A stretch of 62,249 nt of DNA from Ministeria vibrans ATCC 50519 (Eukaryota > Protista > Filasterea). Location of the stretch: positions 1 through 62,249 of the forward strand of contig CALSCP010001653.1 in the NCBI GenBank assembly GCA_943704425.1, given 5' to 3'. Under the pieces are notes generated by a model. That model saw only the letters and a list, made by a program, of their open reading frames with translations, made no database searches and had not been told where the DNA came from. Of the stretch, positions 24,101 through 36,400 are shown one piece after another. Position numbers and translations under genes: made by a program. The number at the start of each line of letters is the position of its first letter. Within the stretch, counting starts at the first letter, position 1.

Positions 24101-24949
24101 GTGAGGAGCGCAAAGTTCCAGTGTGGCTGACACAGACGGTCCACTCGCGTCGCTGCCTTTGACAAGAGAAACACCATTGAAGGAGTGGTACAATTCGGCG
24201 GTAAGTGCAGCCACATTGGCATTGTCAGTGCAGATCACGTGCAGACGGTAGCCCGGCGAGAATTGTCGCTTGAGCGCAAGGGCATTGTCGCACGCCTGCA
24301 GTTGTCCCTGACGCAGTAAGACAATACGATCGCTGAGGACGTCCGCCTCGTCCATGTGATGTGTCGAGATAACAATGGTACGCCCGGCACGCAACTTTAC
24401 AATGAGATCCCAAATGGCGCGTCGTGCGTGAGCATCCACGCCGGCCGTGGGCTCATCAAGAAACACAGGCTGTTGCCGGTCGCCAGCAAACGCCATGGCG
24501 ACCGACAGTTTGCGTTTCATTCCACCCGACAGCGACCCAGCCGCACTTGTGCGCTTGTCTTGCAGCTCCACGTCGCGCAGAAGACACTCGATGCGATCGG
24601 GTACATTGGAGACACGCTGGAGCGACGCAAAGAACCACAGGTGACGCTCAACCGACAGCTCATCCCACAAAATGTTGTGCTGCGGACAGAAGCCAAGGCA
24701 CTTTTGAATGAGATGCATCTCCGTCCGAATATCGTGTCCATTAAAGTAAGCTGTGCCCGAAGTGGGCGCAAACAGTCCCGTAAGCAATCCAAACAGCGTT
24801 GTCTAATAGGAGCAGCGTGAAAATTTTAATAATAAGAAAACAAATTAATAATGAGAATAGAAAAATAATTAATAGAGAATAATGAGAATAGTTTTGATAA
24901 TAATAATGATCAGAATAATGATAATAATAATGATAATGATAATAATAAC

Positions 24950-25018
<69 letters not shown>

Positions 25019-27002
25019 TATTATTATTATTATTATTATTTTGCATTAATTTATGTTTTACCTTTCCTGCTCCATTGGAACCCAAGAGACCAGTCACATG
25101 GTTCTCTTCCAAGTCGACTGTCAGTCGATCGAGTGCGGGGATTAGTGGAGGGCGAGGTCGTTTGTGGCGGGGTGTGGGTCGGGCCAAACAGAATCTGGTG
25201 AGGCGGTGCCAGCACGAGACGAGTGTGGAGAAGAGGGACTGAGCCTTGGTTGTTTCATATACTTTGGTGAGTTGACGGATGTGAATGCCGCGTGTGCGTT
25301 TCAAACTGTCGCTGTCGTTGTTGTTGGTGTTGTTAACATCATCATTCGCATTGTCAACAGGGATGACGCCAGGTGGTGAGCAAAGCAAGTCAAAGGGATA
25401 GTACCACTTGTGAGCGAGTCCGTCGGTGGGAAACACAGCGTTGATGTAGGCAGTGAGAGCAAGTAAAACGAGCGACTGAACCATAAGCATAAAGAGTACG
25501 TCAAGAAGAGAAATTTCGGAGGGTGTTGGAGACTGCGCGAGCGTCGACCAGGTGACGCCGGCAAGTAGAAACTCGGCACGAAGAATGATTTGTATGCCGA
25601 GGCCGAGGGCGGTGGCGGGAAATAGCGCAGCAAGACGCTGCATGGCAACGGAGTAGCTGACTGTCTCGCTGGCACGCGTAATAAACACGTACGGCAGAAA
25701 AGAGCAAAAGTAAAAAAGGGCCGAGGCGATGGAGGCCATGCGTGCATTGGAGAAGAGGGCGGCAAAGAAGAAAGACAGGGAAACGGTGGCAATAGCGTAG
25801 AGAAGAAAGAAGGTGCCGACAAGGGCTACGTTGGCGTAGTGAAAAATACCGCCGGCGTACAAGGCCACGAGGGAGAGCACGCTTGAGAGGGACAGAAGCA
25901 AGAGAGTCGAAAGGAACCACGCGAGAAGGTTGGTGCGCAGACGCACGCCAAACACACGCAGGAGAGCCGACAGACGCATTTCTTTTTCATGCACAATGGA
26001 GCGCGTGGTGAGGGCAACTGAATAGACCCACGAGAGAACAAATATCAAAGGCAGCGCACCAATGGATATGAGAGCCTCGCCAAAGGGGGAATACGAGCTG
26101 GACGGGAAAGAGCCCAGATGGAGCATGACGCGATATTCGGAGGCGGGATTGATGCCAGTCTGCGCATGAGTGACCATAGCCATGGCACGAACAATGGCAA
26201 ATTTAAGAGCACTGTCGTGTGATTGAGGCGGAGACTTGGACGGTTCGTTGGTGAAGAGCACGGCGGTATTTTCGTTCTCCGAAGGGTAATGCAAACGGAT
26301 TTGAATAGAACCGCGCGTGTTGAGGGTCGTCGACGACGAAAGCTCAGGCAGATGAAAGACGACGTTGCCAAACATGGTAATTAGATCGAGGCATTGTTGT
26401 TGGGACGTGTGGCTTGGAGGGTTTGGGTTGGCGCGCAGTGACTGGATGGTGCGGATGGCGCTCGACTCGGACGGCATTGTCAGCATTTGGTTGGCGTACG
26501 TCTGTGCGACGGACTCAAAGCGCTCCTGAGATCGAAAGAGAGGACGTAGCCGCGAGGCGGTGACGTTGACATAGGCGTCGCGCAAGAGAGGAGCCGCGGC
26601 GAGCGGAGAAAAGGCCCAGTGGTTGAAGCAGAGGTCCCAGCGATTCAGCTGGACAGCGTTGCAGCGAGCATCGTCAGCACCGTACCTTGCGCAGGTTGCA
26701 ATGTGGTCTGAGAAGTACTGTGCGTCGGCAATGAGCTTGGCGCGTGCCTGTGCGTTGCTCTGGTTGACATAGAGTGGTACTTCGCAACAGTTGAAGGGAA
26801 TGGTTCTGTCATAAACACTGTTGAGCTGAATGAAGTCCCGCGGATACATGATGGCATGCGTGCTGCTTGTGCCGCTCTCCTGCACGCTCCGAACGATCGC
26901 CAGCGTCGCCAACAGCACCACTGGAAGCAATATTTCAACGAGAGTCGACACCAACCGCACGCGCCGCAACGCGAGGTTTTTCAACAGCAGAAGGCGAAGC
27001 AT
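21144..27002 (-). CDS. ABCA-subfamily full transporter, 3 exons
   Basis: LLLLKN...EILLP N-terminus, IVHEKEMRL; NBD1 GSNGAGK|TT, LSGGMKRKL, LDEPTAGVD; NBD2 GVNGSGKSTT, LSGGNRRKL, LDEPSASM|DP, SHSVDECE, TLEDVF. Confidence 0.95.
24895..25040. repeat. (TAA)n then (TTA)n intronic microsatellite
   Basis: Direct read, within ABCA intron 1. Confidence 0.95.
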
Positions 27003-27295
27003 ACACAAACGTGATTCGACGCAAAAGTCAAAAAGTCTGCCGGTAATTTGCCCGGTAATCATATACTCTCTGATCAATGATCAGTTGCCATTCGCATTTT
27101 GTAATTCGAGAGTGCTCGACTGGATGAGACATGAGCATCGTCGCTGGACGCTGGGCCGACTCAACCAAGGAGTTCAACAATCTAATTATTCTCTGATTCT
27201 ATAATAATTTTATTCATGATCTATCTAATCATTCATATTTTCAATTTTCGATGGCCGGTCCGAGCCGACTGCGATTTTTGTCGGAACTGTCACCG

Positions 27296-28120
27296 ATGGC
27301 ACTGGCAAAGGGGGGCGGTGACGTAGACCCGTTTCATTCGCTGGCGTAAGAGTGACACAACAACAAGAGATTGCTCAACCTCTGTTTGACGCAGAATCTC
27401 TTCCATGGCTCCGCTGCAAGCCAGCACACTGCGCAGCGTGTGTCCGACGTGTGAAGAATCACGGCTGCACTATTGCTATGTCTGCCGAACCCCCATGGCG
27501 CCCACACTGTTCCCAGCTGTCGCGCTGCCCGTTCCACTGCATCTCGTGAAAGACACGCACGAGTCCGACGCCGTATCGTCCGCCCTACACGCCAAAATCC
27601 TGTCGCCCGACCAGGTGACCGTGTACGATGTTGACGCGGGTGGCGACAGCGAGACGGCGCTTCCAGAGCCCTTTCCTCAGGCGACGACCACCGCGGACGA
27701 TCGTCGCTTTCCTCTCGTGCTCCTCTTCCCCTCAAAAGACAGCCAAGTCATCGAGTTTGCCGACCTTCCCGACGACTGGCCTTCGTACGGCTCTGTTGCA
27801 GTTGTAGACGGAACATGGAGACGAGCGAAGCGTATGGTCGTTGTTCCTCGAGCGCTGTTGGTGCACAGCCTGTAACAACCATGTCTGTGTAGGATTGGCT
27901 CAACATGTCTCGCTCAGGTCCCTACCACGTCTCAGTTTTGGTACCTGTTTACGAAACATGCAACTAAAAGACGAATAAGAAAGTAACCCTTTTTGTTTTC
28001 TACCGGTAGACATGGTCAAAACGCGATTTTGGCGTTTTCAGACTGGCAAGACAGGCACTGATTTGGCCACAATTGAAGCAATACACTGCTTTTACTCGCA
28101 GTACCAAAAGAGATTTCAGC
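27296..28120 (+). CDS. DTWD1: DTW-domain tRNA aminocarboxypropyltransferase (DTWD1-like); terminal exon not found
   Basis: CPTC...YCYVC zinc motif, SSALHAKILSP, LLFPS, VDGTW, TRFWRFQ, LATIEAIH. Donor GTAAGC at 28121 leads into repeats. Confidence 0.8.
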
Positions 28121-28166
28121 GTAAGCATATTGCTACATGGAGGAGAGAAACGACCGACGGAATATA

Positions 28167-28170
<4 letters not shown>

Positions 28171-28260
<90 letters not shown>

Positions 28261-28386
28261 AAGTGATAGAGAGAGAGAGACAGAGAGAGACAGAGAGACA
28301 GAGAGAGACAGAGAGAGACAGAGACAGAGAAACAACGTGATAGAGAGAGAGAAGCAAATAGAGAGGAAACAAAGTGATAGAGAGAG
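28171..28386. repeat. (GA)n/(GAGACA)n and ACAAAGTGATAGAG repeats
   Basis: Direct read. Confidence 0.95.
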
Positions 28387-28502
28387 CCTGTTAAGTATTT
28401 CTATAACTATAATAATAATAATATTGATTATTTTTTATCATCCAACTCGAAGAGACTAACGATCGGAAGAGAGAGAGAGTGTGTGTGACATGTGTTTTAT
28501 TT

Positions 28503-30934
28503 TCAAGGACCACACTCGGAAGGCGGACAAGGGCCGAAGGGGTAGACCTCGGGAATGATGGAAATGCCCGTTGTGACCTTCATGGGGTCGAGTTCACTTA
28601 GCTCTGTGCCCATGCGGAATGACGCTTGGATCATAAAGGCAGTCCATCCAACCTGAAATGGAGAAAAAAGCAGAATAAGAGGCAGTCACGTGTGGCGATG
28701 ATGGTGAATTGACTGGTGTCTGTGTGCGTGTGTGTGTGTACCTCTGGCGCCTCCATCTTGACCGTCCAAATGCCTCCGCCCTGAGGCACAAGCTCTTCGC
28801 TGTACCACAGCTGAGGGTTCAAGCATCCTATTCACACGAAAAAATGATTACTATAATCAAGAAGGATTGTGAATAAGTACCGATATCCTTCGGATCACCG
28901 CAGACGATCAGACGCCAATCGCGCTTCTTAGGGTTGTAGGAGTGGTACGCCTTGACCATGTGTGGCTAAACAAGAATAAAAAATACAAAAGAGAAAGGCA
29001 GAGCGGGTGTGAGTGAGGTTGTGATACATTGAGTGAGTTTGTGTGAGAGTGGCATTGTGCGACATTGAGAGTGGATGAATTTGTGTAAGAAAGAGCGTGT
29101 GATGATGGGTGAATAAAAGCGATGTACGCGTGTGAGTGTTTTTTTTTTGGGGGGGTCTTACTTCGGGACTTCCCGGCTCAAGAATCATTGTGATGCGAGT
29201 GCCATTCTCAGTGATTGTGTAGTTGATCTGAAAGAAAGGGAGGAGGAAAACAAATTAATGTTACTTGGTAATAAAAAGTGAATTATTACCTTAGGGCGAG
29301 GAGTATCATGGATGATTGTATGGTACCTACAAAAGAAAGGACAGGAAAAGAGAGAGAGGGTGAGAGAAAAGATGATAACAGCCAGAAAGCTATTCAAACT
29401 CAAAAGCTCTCATTGCTCATTCTCATTCAATACTTTCCTCTCCATCAATTCAACTCGCTCGCTCACTCAGACAATCAACCTCATTCTCTCTCACACACAC
29501 AAAAATACACACTCCCTATCAACGTACCATCCCTGAATCGTTGCGACAATGTCCAGCTGATGTCCAATGAGCGAGTGCTCTGCGTTGGGCACATAGCGCT
29601 GCAGCACATCACCCCCTTGCAGTTTGTTGAAGAACAGATCGGTCGACGTGGGCATGAAGAACTATAAAAGAAAAAAAAAAGAGAGACAGAGGATTAGTTG
29701 TGGGTGACAAAGTTATTCGAAAAACCCCGAGTGATTGCGAATGAGAATATGATAGAAAGAATATACTATAATATTATTAATAATATACCTCATCACCACA
29801 CGCATTGATCATCAAAAGAGGAATGCGAAGACGGTCATACCTACAAACCCCGCAAAAATGATTTGAGTAAAGAATTTCAGTGTCACAGCAAAATCGTAAA
29901 CAAAGCGGTGTTTGTTTTCGCGTTTTCTTACGAAATGTCAATCGAAATGGTATCCAACATTTGCTAAAGAGACACAATAAAAAAACAACTTTAAATAAAA
30001 ACTGAAGACATTAATGACAACACATACCTGAAACACAGGAGTGTTAAGGTACTTGACAACACCCATCTCAGTGTAGTCTAAAGAAGGAGAGACATTAAAG
30101 TTAGGGTTACAATAATAATTATAATTATTATTATTTTTCTTGTACCGTTGAGGGCAAAAGACCAATCACCGTAGCTCTGCCACATGATGTTAAGGGCCTC
30201 GACGAGGTTACCGACGGGAGCGACAATGGGAACGGCCGCAATGACACGCTTGTCGACCATGGCGGTGGTCCATGTGGTCCAGCCGCGCTTGGACGCACCG
30301 GCAACAACAAACCGCTCAACGGGAGTCACACCGGGCATCTGCTTGGTGAAGGCAGTGATGGTGTCGAGTGCACGCACAGCAGCCTTGGTCATAGGCATAC
30401 TATAATAAAATAAGAATAATAATAATGTGTTAAACAATGAGGGTCAGTTGTAAATGTAAACACACACACTCTATGTATCTCTCTTTCTCTTTCACGCACA
30501 CCACTCATATATTTATGTCACATACCGGAGAAGCCAATCGGGCTCTTTGGAGTTCTGGATAAAGTGCATCCAAGTGTAGGCAATTTCGGCGTCCTCTGAG
30601 CGCGCCCGAGGGGGCTGCTCTGCCAAAAAGTGCACAGGCTCATTGGGAATGCTTGCAAGACGCGCAGCAACAGTGCCTCCGGTGAGGCAGAAGGCCTCAA
30701 GGACAGCCTCAATCTTCGTCGGCGGCGACGACTCATGGGGCGTGTGGTCACCGTCAATGTACATCTACACGCACAACGATTTAGATCAACGATTAGATCA
30801 AGAGTCGGTATTTTCGAATAGTCTCGTCGTACCGCGGCAATATCAGTGTTGGAAGGCTTGATGTGGTTCGGAATGCAGATCTGGAGCCAGTGGGTGCGCA
30901 CAGGCGTGTCAGTGTCGTTGGCCGTCAGCCAAGT
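28503..30934 (-). CDS. PqaA-family alpha/beta-hydrolase-like protein (Dictyostelium AprA-like); many exons, 5'-partial
   Basis: TWLT...HWLQICIP, IPNEP, RSEDAEIAYTW, MPMTKAAVRALD, FVVAGASKRGWTTW, DKRVIAAVPIV, WSFAL, LMINACGDE; C-terminus IIPEVYPFGPC. Confidence 0.85.
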
Positions 30935-31250
30935 CTGAAACAACAATAAGAGAGAAAAGAGGGAAAAAAAAAGGTGTTTGACCGTTTGAGTACAGAACTC
31001 TCTTTAACAAACACACACACACACACACACCCCTCGTCTACGATAATCTACTATGGGCAACACAAGCTGCGCAGCGAGAAATCGATAAAATGGGGAAAAT
31101 GCAAAGTTTGGCTCAGTCAACTCCGACAGGATAGACGCCATTAGCGACGCACTGGGCTTGCTCACAGCCTCAATTCACTTGTACAGTAGGGTGCACGCCC
31201 CACTGCGCAAAGCAGGAGACCGTCTGTGCCCAGAAATAACACTCGAAAAC

Positions 31251-31283
<33 letters not shown>

Positions 31284-31287
31284 GTAG

Positions 31288-33025
31288 TACCTCCCGGCCA
31301 AGCTGAGCTCGCTCGACCCCCGTACTTTCTGCCAGGCGCTCTTCAAAGCCCTTGGTATGGACGAGAGCCATTTCCAGTTCGGTACATCCAAGGTCTTCTT
31401 CAAGTCTGGCAAGTTCGCCGAGTTCGACACCATGACCAAGGCTGACCCGGAGAATCTCGCCAAGCTCGTCGAGAAGGTAAAACCACCCCTCCCTCTATGT
31501 TGGCTTTAATCAACCTCCTATCTCTCTCTCTCTCTCTCTCTCTTCTTGCTTCAGGTTATGGTCTGGCTTCTCAAGAAGCGTTGGCGCAAGGTCATCTACA
31601 CGGGTCTGGTGGCGGAGAAACTCCGTCGCAAGATTTTGTACCGTGGTGCGGCGCTCATTATTGCGCAGAAGATTTGCCGTGGCTACCTCGCCAACCGCAA
31701 GTATCGCCCCAAGATTGTGGTGCGTCGTCGCATCACCAGCATCGACGAGCAGCTCGCTATGGTCAACCAGATTTGCGCCAAGCTCAAGAAGGACAAGGAT
31801 AAGTTTGCCAAGAAGTCGGATGCCATTGGTGCCGATGTCAAGGCGCTCAAGGACAACTTCTGGTCGTCGTCCAACAGCGACCTCAAGGGTCAGGCGGACA
31901 AGATTGACGATGCGGTCGCTAAGCTCATCTCGGAGCTGAAGAAGCAGAAGAAGGAGCAAGAGGAGGAGGACCGTCTGCGCCAGCTGCAGGAAGAGGCGGA
32001 GCGCGAGAAGAAGCGCAAGGAGGAGGAGGAGCGCCGTGCCAAGGACGAGGAGGAGGACCTTAAGAAGAAGGTCGAGATGGAGAAGGCGCGCCAGGCCGAG
32101 GAGGAGGCCGAGAAGAAGCGTCAGGCCGACTATGCCAAGCAGCTCGAGAAAGAGGCTGCTGACCCGAAGCTCATGGCACAGAAGGTTCGCGAGAAGCAAG
32201 AGGATCTCATGAACGAGCAGTCGCGTCGTGATCAAGAGATGGCCTACCGTATGGGACACGAGTCCGGCGAGGCTGGCGAGATCCAAAAGGAAGAGCAGAC
32301 TGAGGCGGCTCTTCGTGCCAAGGCGGCCGCCAAGGCCCGCAAGAAGGGAAAGCACGACGTCAGCAAGCTCAAGTACAGCGAACTGCGTGACATTATCAAC
32401 ACCTCGTGCGACATGGACCTGCTCGAGGCGTGCCGTGAGGAGTTCCATCGTCGTCTCAAGGTGTACCACGCCTGGAAGACAAGACACGCCAACAACGCCG
32501 CAGGTGGCCCCGCCGGTGGTGCGCGTGCTCCCGGTACCGTTGCGCCCGCCGCCAGTGGCCCACCGCCGCCGCCCGCTCGTAAGGCCTCCAAGGCGACCAC
32601 GCCCCCGCAGCGTTTCTTCAAGATTCCTTTCATCCGGCCCGTCGACAAGCAGACCACCGACAAGTCGCAGATGTACAAGAAGAAGGGCTGGTGGTATGGT
32701 AAGTGGATGAAGCATAAACTAAAAAGAAAGTATATACGTGTTTGATTTTGTTTAACCCTCCATTATTTTTCTTTTTTTTTTAAAAAAAATAGCTCACTTC
32801 GATGGTGCTTGGGTTGCGCGACAGCTCGAATGGCACCCCGAGCGTCCTCCCGTGCTCTTGATTGCTGGCAAGCACGATCTCGACATGTGCGAATTGTCGC
32901 TTGAAGAGACTGGTCTCACGCGCAAGCGTAACGCCGAGATTGACGCCGAGGAGTTTGAGAAGGCCTGGAAGGATAACGGTGGTCAGCCGTGGGTGCCTCG
33001 TGCGCCCGCCGGCAAGAAGAAGTAG
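31288..33025 (+). CDS. MYO6: Myosin VI: converter, IQ, SAH and cargo-binding tail only; motor domain absent from the window
   Basis: [23 protein letters not shown]...[92 protein letters not shown]. Confidence 0.92.
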
Positions 33026-33033
33026 TCCGGCAT

Positions 33034-33036
<3 letters not shown>

Positions 33037-33084
<48 letters not shown>

Positions 33085-33100
33085 CTGTGTGTGTGTGTTT
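33037..33100. repeat. (GA)n/(GT)n microsatellite after the myosin stop
   Basis: Direct read. Confidence 0.9.
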
Positions 33101-33458
33101 GTGTTTGTGGCTGTGTGTGCGTGAGTGCGGGATGTGCGTGAGAAGATTGGAGTCACGAAACGTCAGTGTGAGACCAATGCCATTTTTTTTGTGTGTGCGT
33201 GACTCGGGTGAAACTGCTCGTTTGTGTGTGTTTATGTGGCATTACCTCTGGTTCACTGTCTGTCATGTCCTCCATTCTCTTTGCGCGCGTCTTTCACCTA
33301 TTCACATTCAGTCATCTTCCCCAAAACGAAAAAAGAAGAGAGATGAATACAAATTAGCTAAACATTCCAAATAAGTCTTTTTAATTTAATGATTTAATTG
33401 TAGAGCTACAATATATATTCAGGGGTGGTACATATACATCAAAATATGTGCAAACGCT

Positions 33459-36400
33459 CTAATTTTCTTCATCGTCGTCGATGTGGCGCAATGCATCGAG
33501 CGCCTCCTTGGCGGTGAGGCGAGACTCAGGTTGCGCGTCCCAGAGACGCATGAGCAGAGCCAGAACTTCGGGCGAACCTTCCCAGTGAGCGGCTTCCACG
33601 CAGGGACGCACTCCCGCATTGACCTTCTCGGCAATATCCCACACGGCCAAGTCAGCAAAGGGTAAATCTGCATTGCGACTCCACATCTCCCAGAGAACAA
33701 TGGACAGCGAATAACAGTCTGCGGCTGCTGTGCTCGCTTCACCATCGTGAACCTCCGGTGCTCGCCACAGCAGTGACCCACAGCCTTTAGTGGTCGTGCG
33801 ACTCAGGTGTTCCAGTTCCTTTGTGCCCGCGGGAATTTTACGGGCGACCGTGCCCGCTTCGAGCCGCTCAAACAGTTTGGTCTCACCAAAGTCTGCGAGC
33901 TTCAACGAAAGCGCGTCCGACACGAGACAATTGAGGCTCTTAATATCACGGTGGACATAGCCACGCTGGTGAAGAAAGGCCACGGCACGTGCAAGGTCAG
34001 TCGCGAGGCGCAATCGAATGGTCAACGCAAGTGCACGCTCGTCCTCGAGCAGACCTCGCAGCGTGCGAGCCATCCACTCAGTGACCAAAAAAGGCACATG
34101 TGTCTCAAAACGACCCGCACCAAAAAAGGTCACCAGATTCCTATGTCGTACCGTCTGCATGACACGAATTTCTCGCTCAAACTCCTCCAAACTACTCCCG
34201 TCCATCTCGACGAGACCTTCATGCAACACCTTGACAGCAACTTCCTTCTCATCGTACACGCCCTTCCACACCACTCCAGATCCCCCCTGCGCCACCACCA
34301 CATCCATCCGCAGCTCTTTCGCGTCAATTTGCCAAAAGCGCGCCAGTTCACTAGCCTACAAAAAATATTTATTTTTAATATTATTAAAATAATAAATTGA
34401 GATAGTTTATCTTACTTGGAACTCAGACTGAGCCAAGAGGTGCTGGTACAAAGTGGCTTGCGCGTGGTAGCGCTGAGAGCGACGACGGAAGATGATCACA
34501 AAGGAGGCAATGAGAACGAGGAGGAGGGCGGTGGACGAAAGGCCAATGAGGACAGTAAGTGGACGCTCACAGTTGTCGATGGGCAGATAGCCACTCTCGC
34601 AGTGGCAAGAGAAGCTGTCGGGGGATGTGAGTGAACAAGTGCCGTGATCGTGACAGAGACCCGGGCGACAGGCACTGCAGCCGGAGAGTGACGAGGCACC
34701 CGCATTCGGACTGTAGCTGGCGCCCGGACATGCTGAGCAAACACTGGCACCGGGCTCGCTCGTGTATGTTCCCGGTGGACAGGTGCGGCACGTTTTGGCG
34801 ACATCGCCGTACTGTCCGCTGGGACAGCCCAGTGTGAGGGATTGGACATTGGACGTCGCAAATGCAATTTGACCACCACCAAACACGTACACTTCGGTGG
34901 AGTTGTAACCGCGTGCAACTGCACTGCCGTACACCAGAGGCGCCGCATTGTAAGTGTCCACCTCGCTCCATTCGTTGGTCACCATGTTGTAAGTGAGAGT
35001 TGTGTTCCATATGCCTCCAAAGAAGCCCGAGGAAAACCCTTGTGGCTGGTCGGTGCCTCCAAAGAGAAGCAGCTTGTCGCCGATCACCGCGGATGAGGCA
35101 CCCATCCGGGGCAGTTGTGCAAACGACTCGGTGATGGGAATTTGCTTCCACTCACCGACCGTGTGAGCTTTCATATTCACCTGCGATAGCACCCACAGGT
35201 CATTGAGGGGATGGCGACCATTCTGATTGCTCCCACCAAACACAAAAAGACGTCGGGTGCTCTCGTGGAAGCCAGACACGAAGAAGGTCCGACCGGATGG
35301 GGAGGGTCCGGTGGGCTGGACTGACGTGATGTCAATGGTGGGCGAAGAGGCTGAGGGAGTCACGTCTAAAAAGACGCAGTTTGTCGGATATTGCGTCACA
35401 GAATAGCCAGTCTGACCACCGCCCCACACAAAGAGTGTCACTGGATCGCTTTCGGTGGCGCCCGGCGAGTCCAGGTTGGAGTAGATGGTACAGTGCCCGT
35501 AGCGCGATGCCTTGGTGGACGCGGTGACATTGTCAAATTGGGGTACAAGGGTCCATGTGAAGAACAACGTGTCGAGAAGATACAAAAGCTCTTGACCACT
35601 GAAAATACTGCAATCAAGAGTGGTCATGGCGCCCTGGCAGCCTCCGTAGAGCAATAGGGTCTGGTCGTTGATGGTGGAGAGCGTGTGTGCCTGGCGAGCC
35701 GATGGGGCGTTTTGGGGCATCGTGATCTGTGACCATCCGCTGTCGAACGCGCCATACTCAAACGGCTGATGATCGTCAACCAGATCGTCGCCGTTTGACG
35801 TGACAACGGTCGATTCCTCGGTGATAAGGGAAAGTGTCCACAGATCCGAAAGGCTGTTGTCCGTAATAAAGAAGACGGCGAGGCCCGAGCTAACAAACAA
35901 ACGGTCACGATTGACGGCAACTGCCGCCATGAGCCGCGGTTCGGGCTCGGGCGAGACGACTCCGCCCGCCGCCTTCTTCCATGTGGCGCTCTCTTCGGGT
36001 GGGTTCACAGGCAAAGGAGTCATGTTGCTCAGTTGGTACAGCGAGTTGACACTCTCCCCGTTTTGCAATGCACCTCCAAAGATTGTCAGTTTTTGGTCGT
36101 TGAGCGACGCGGCAACGCACTCGACAAGGGGACTCGGAGTGTCAGCGCCCGTAGATTGTACTCGCTCCCAGATGGTTGGGTTTGCTTCGGTGGCAGAAAA
36201 TGCCTGGGTAAGATTGAGCGCGTACACTGCGTTAGTCAGCTCGTTGCTGACACCACCAAAGATGAAAAGTTGATCCTTGATAACGGCGCCACACGATGCG
36301 TACGAACCAGAATAATGCGCCACGCTTGTGTTGAGTTCGGAGAAGGTGTTTGTCACAGTGTCGTACGAATACGTCAAGGGGTAGACAAAGCCCACATCGA

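Noticed and set aside
27250-27335. Hairpins around an Sm-site-like GATTTTTG, suggesting an snRNA
   Set aside because: Overlaps the DTW first coding exon (ATG 27296) and its 5' region; no spliceosomal snRNA motifs.
33459-34350. Receptor tyrosine kinase call
   Set aside because: The catalytic loop HRDIKSLN and the P+1 region GSLLWRAPE are TKL/Ser-Thr-type.
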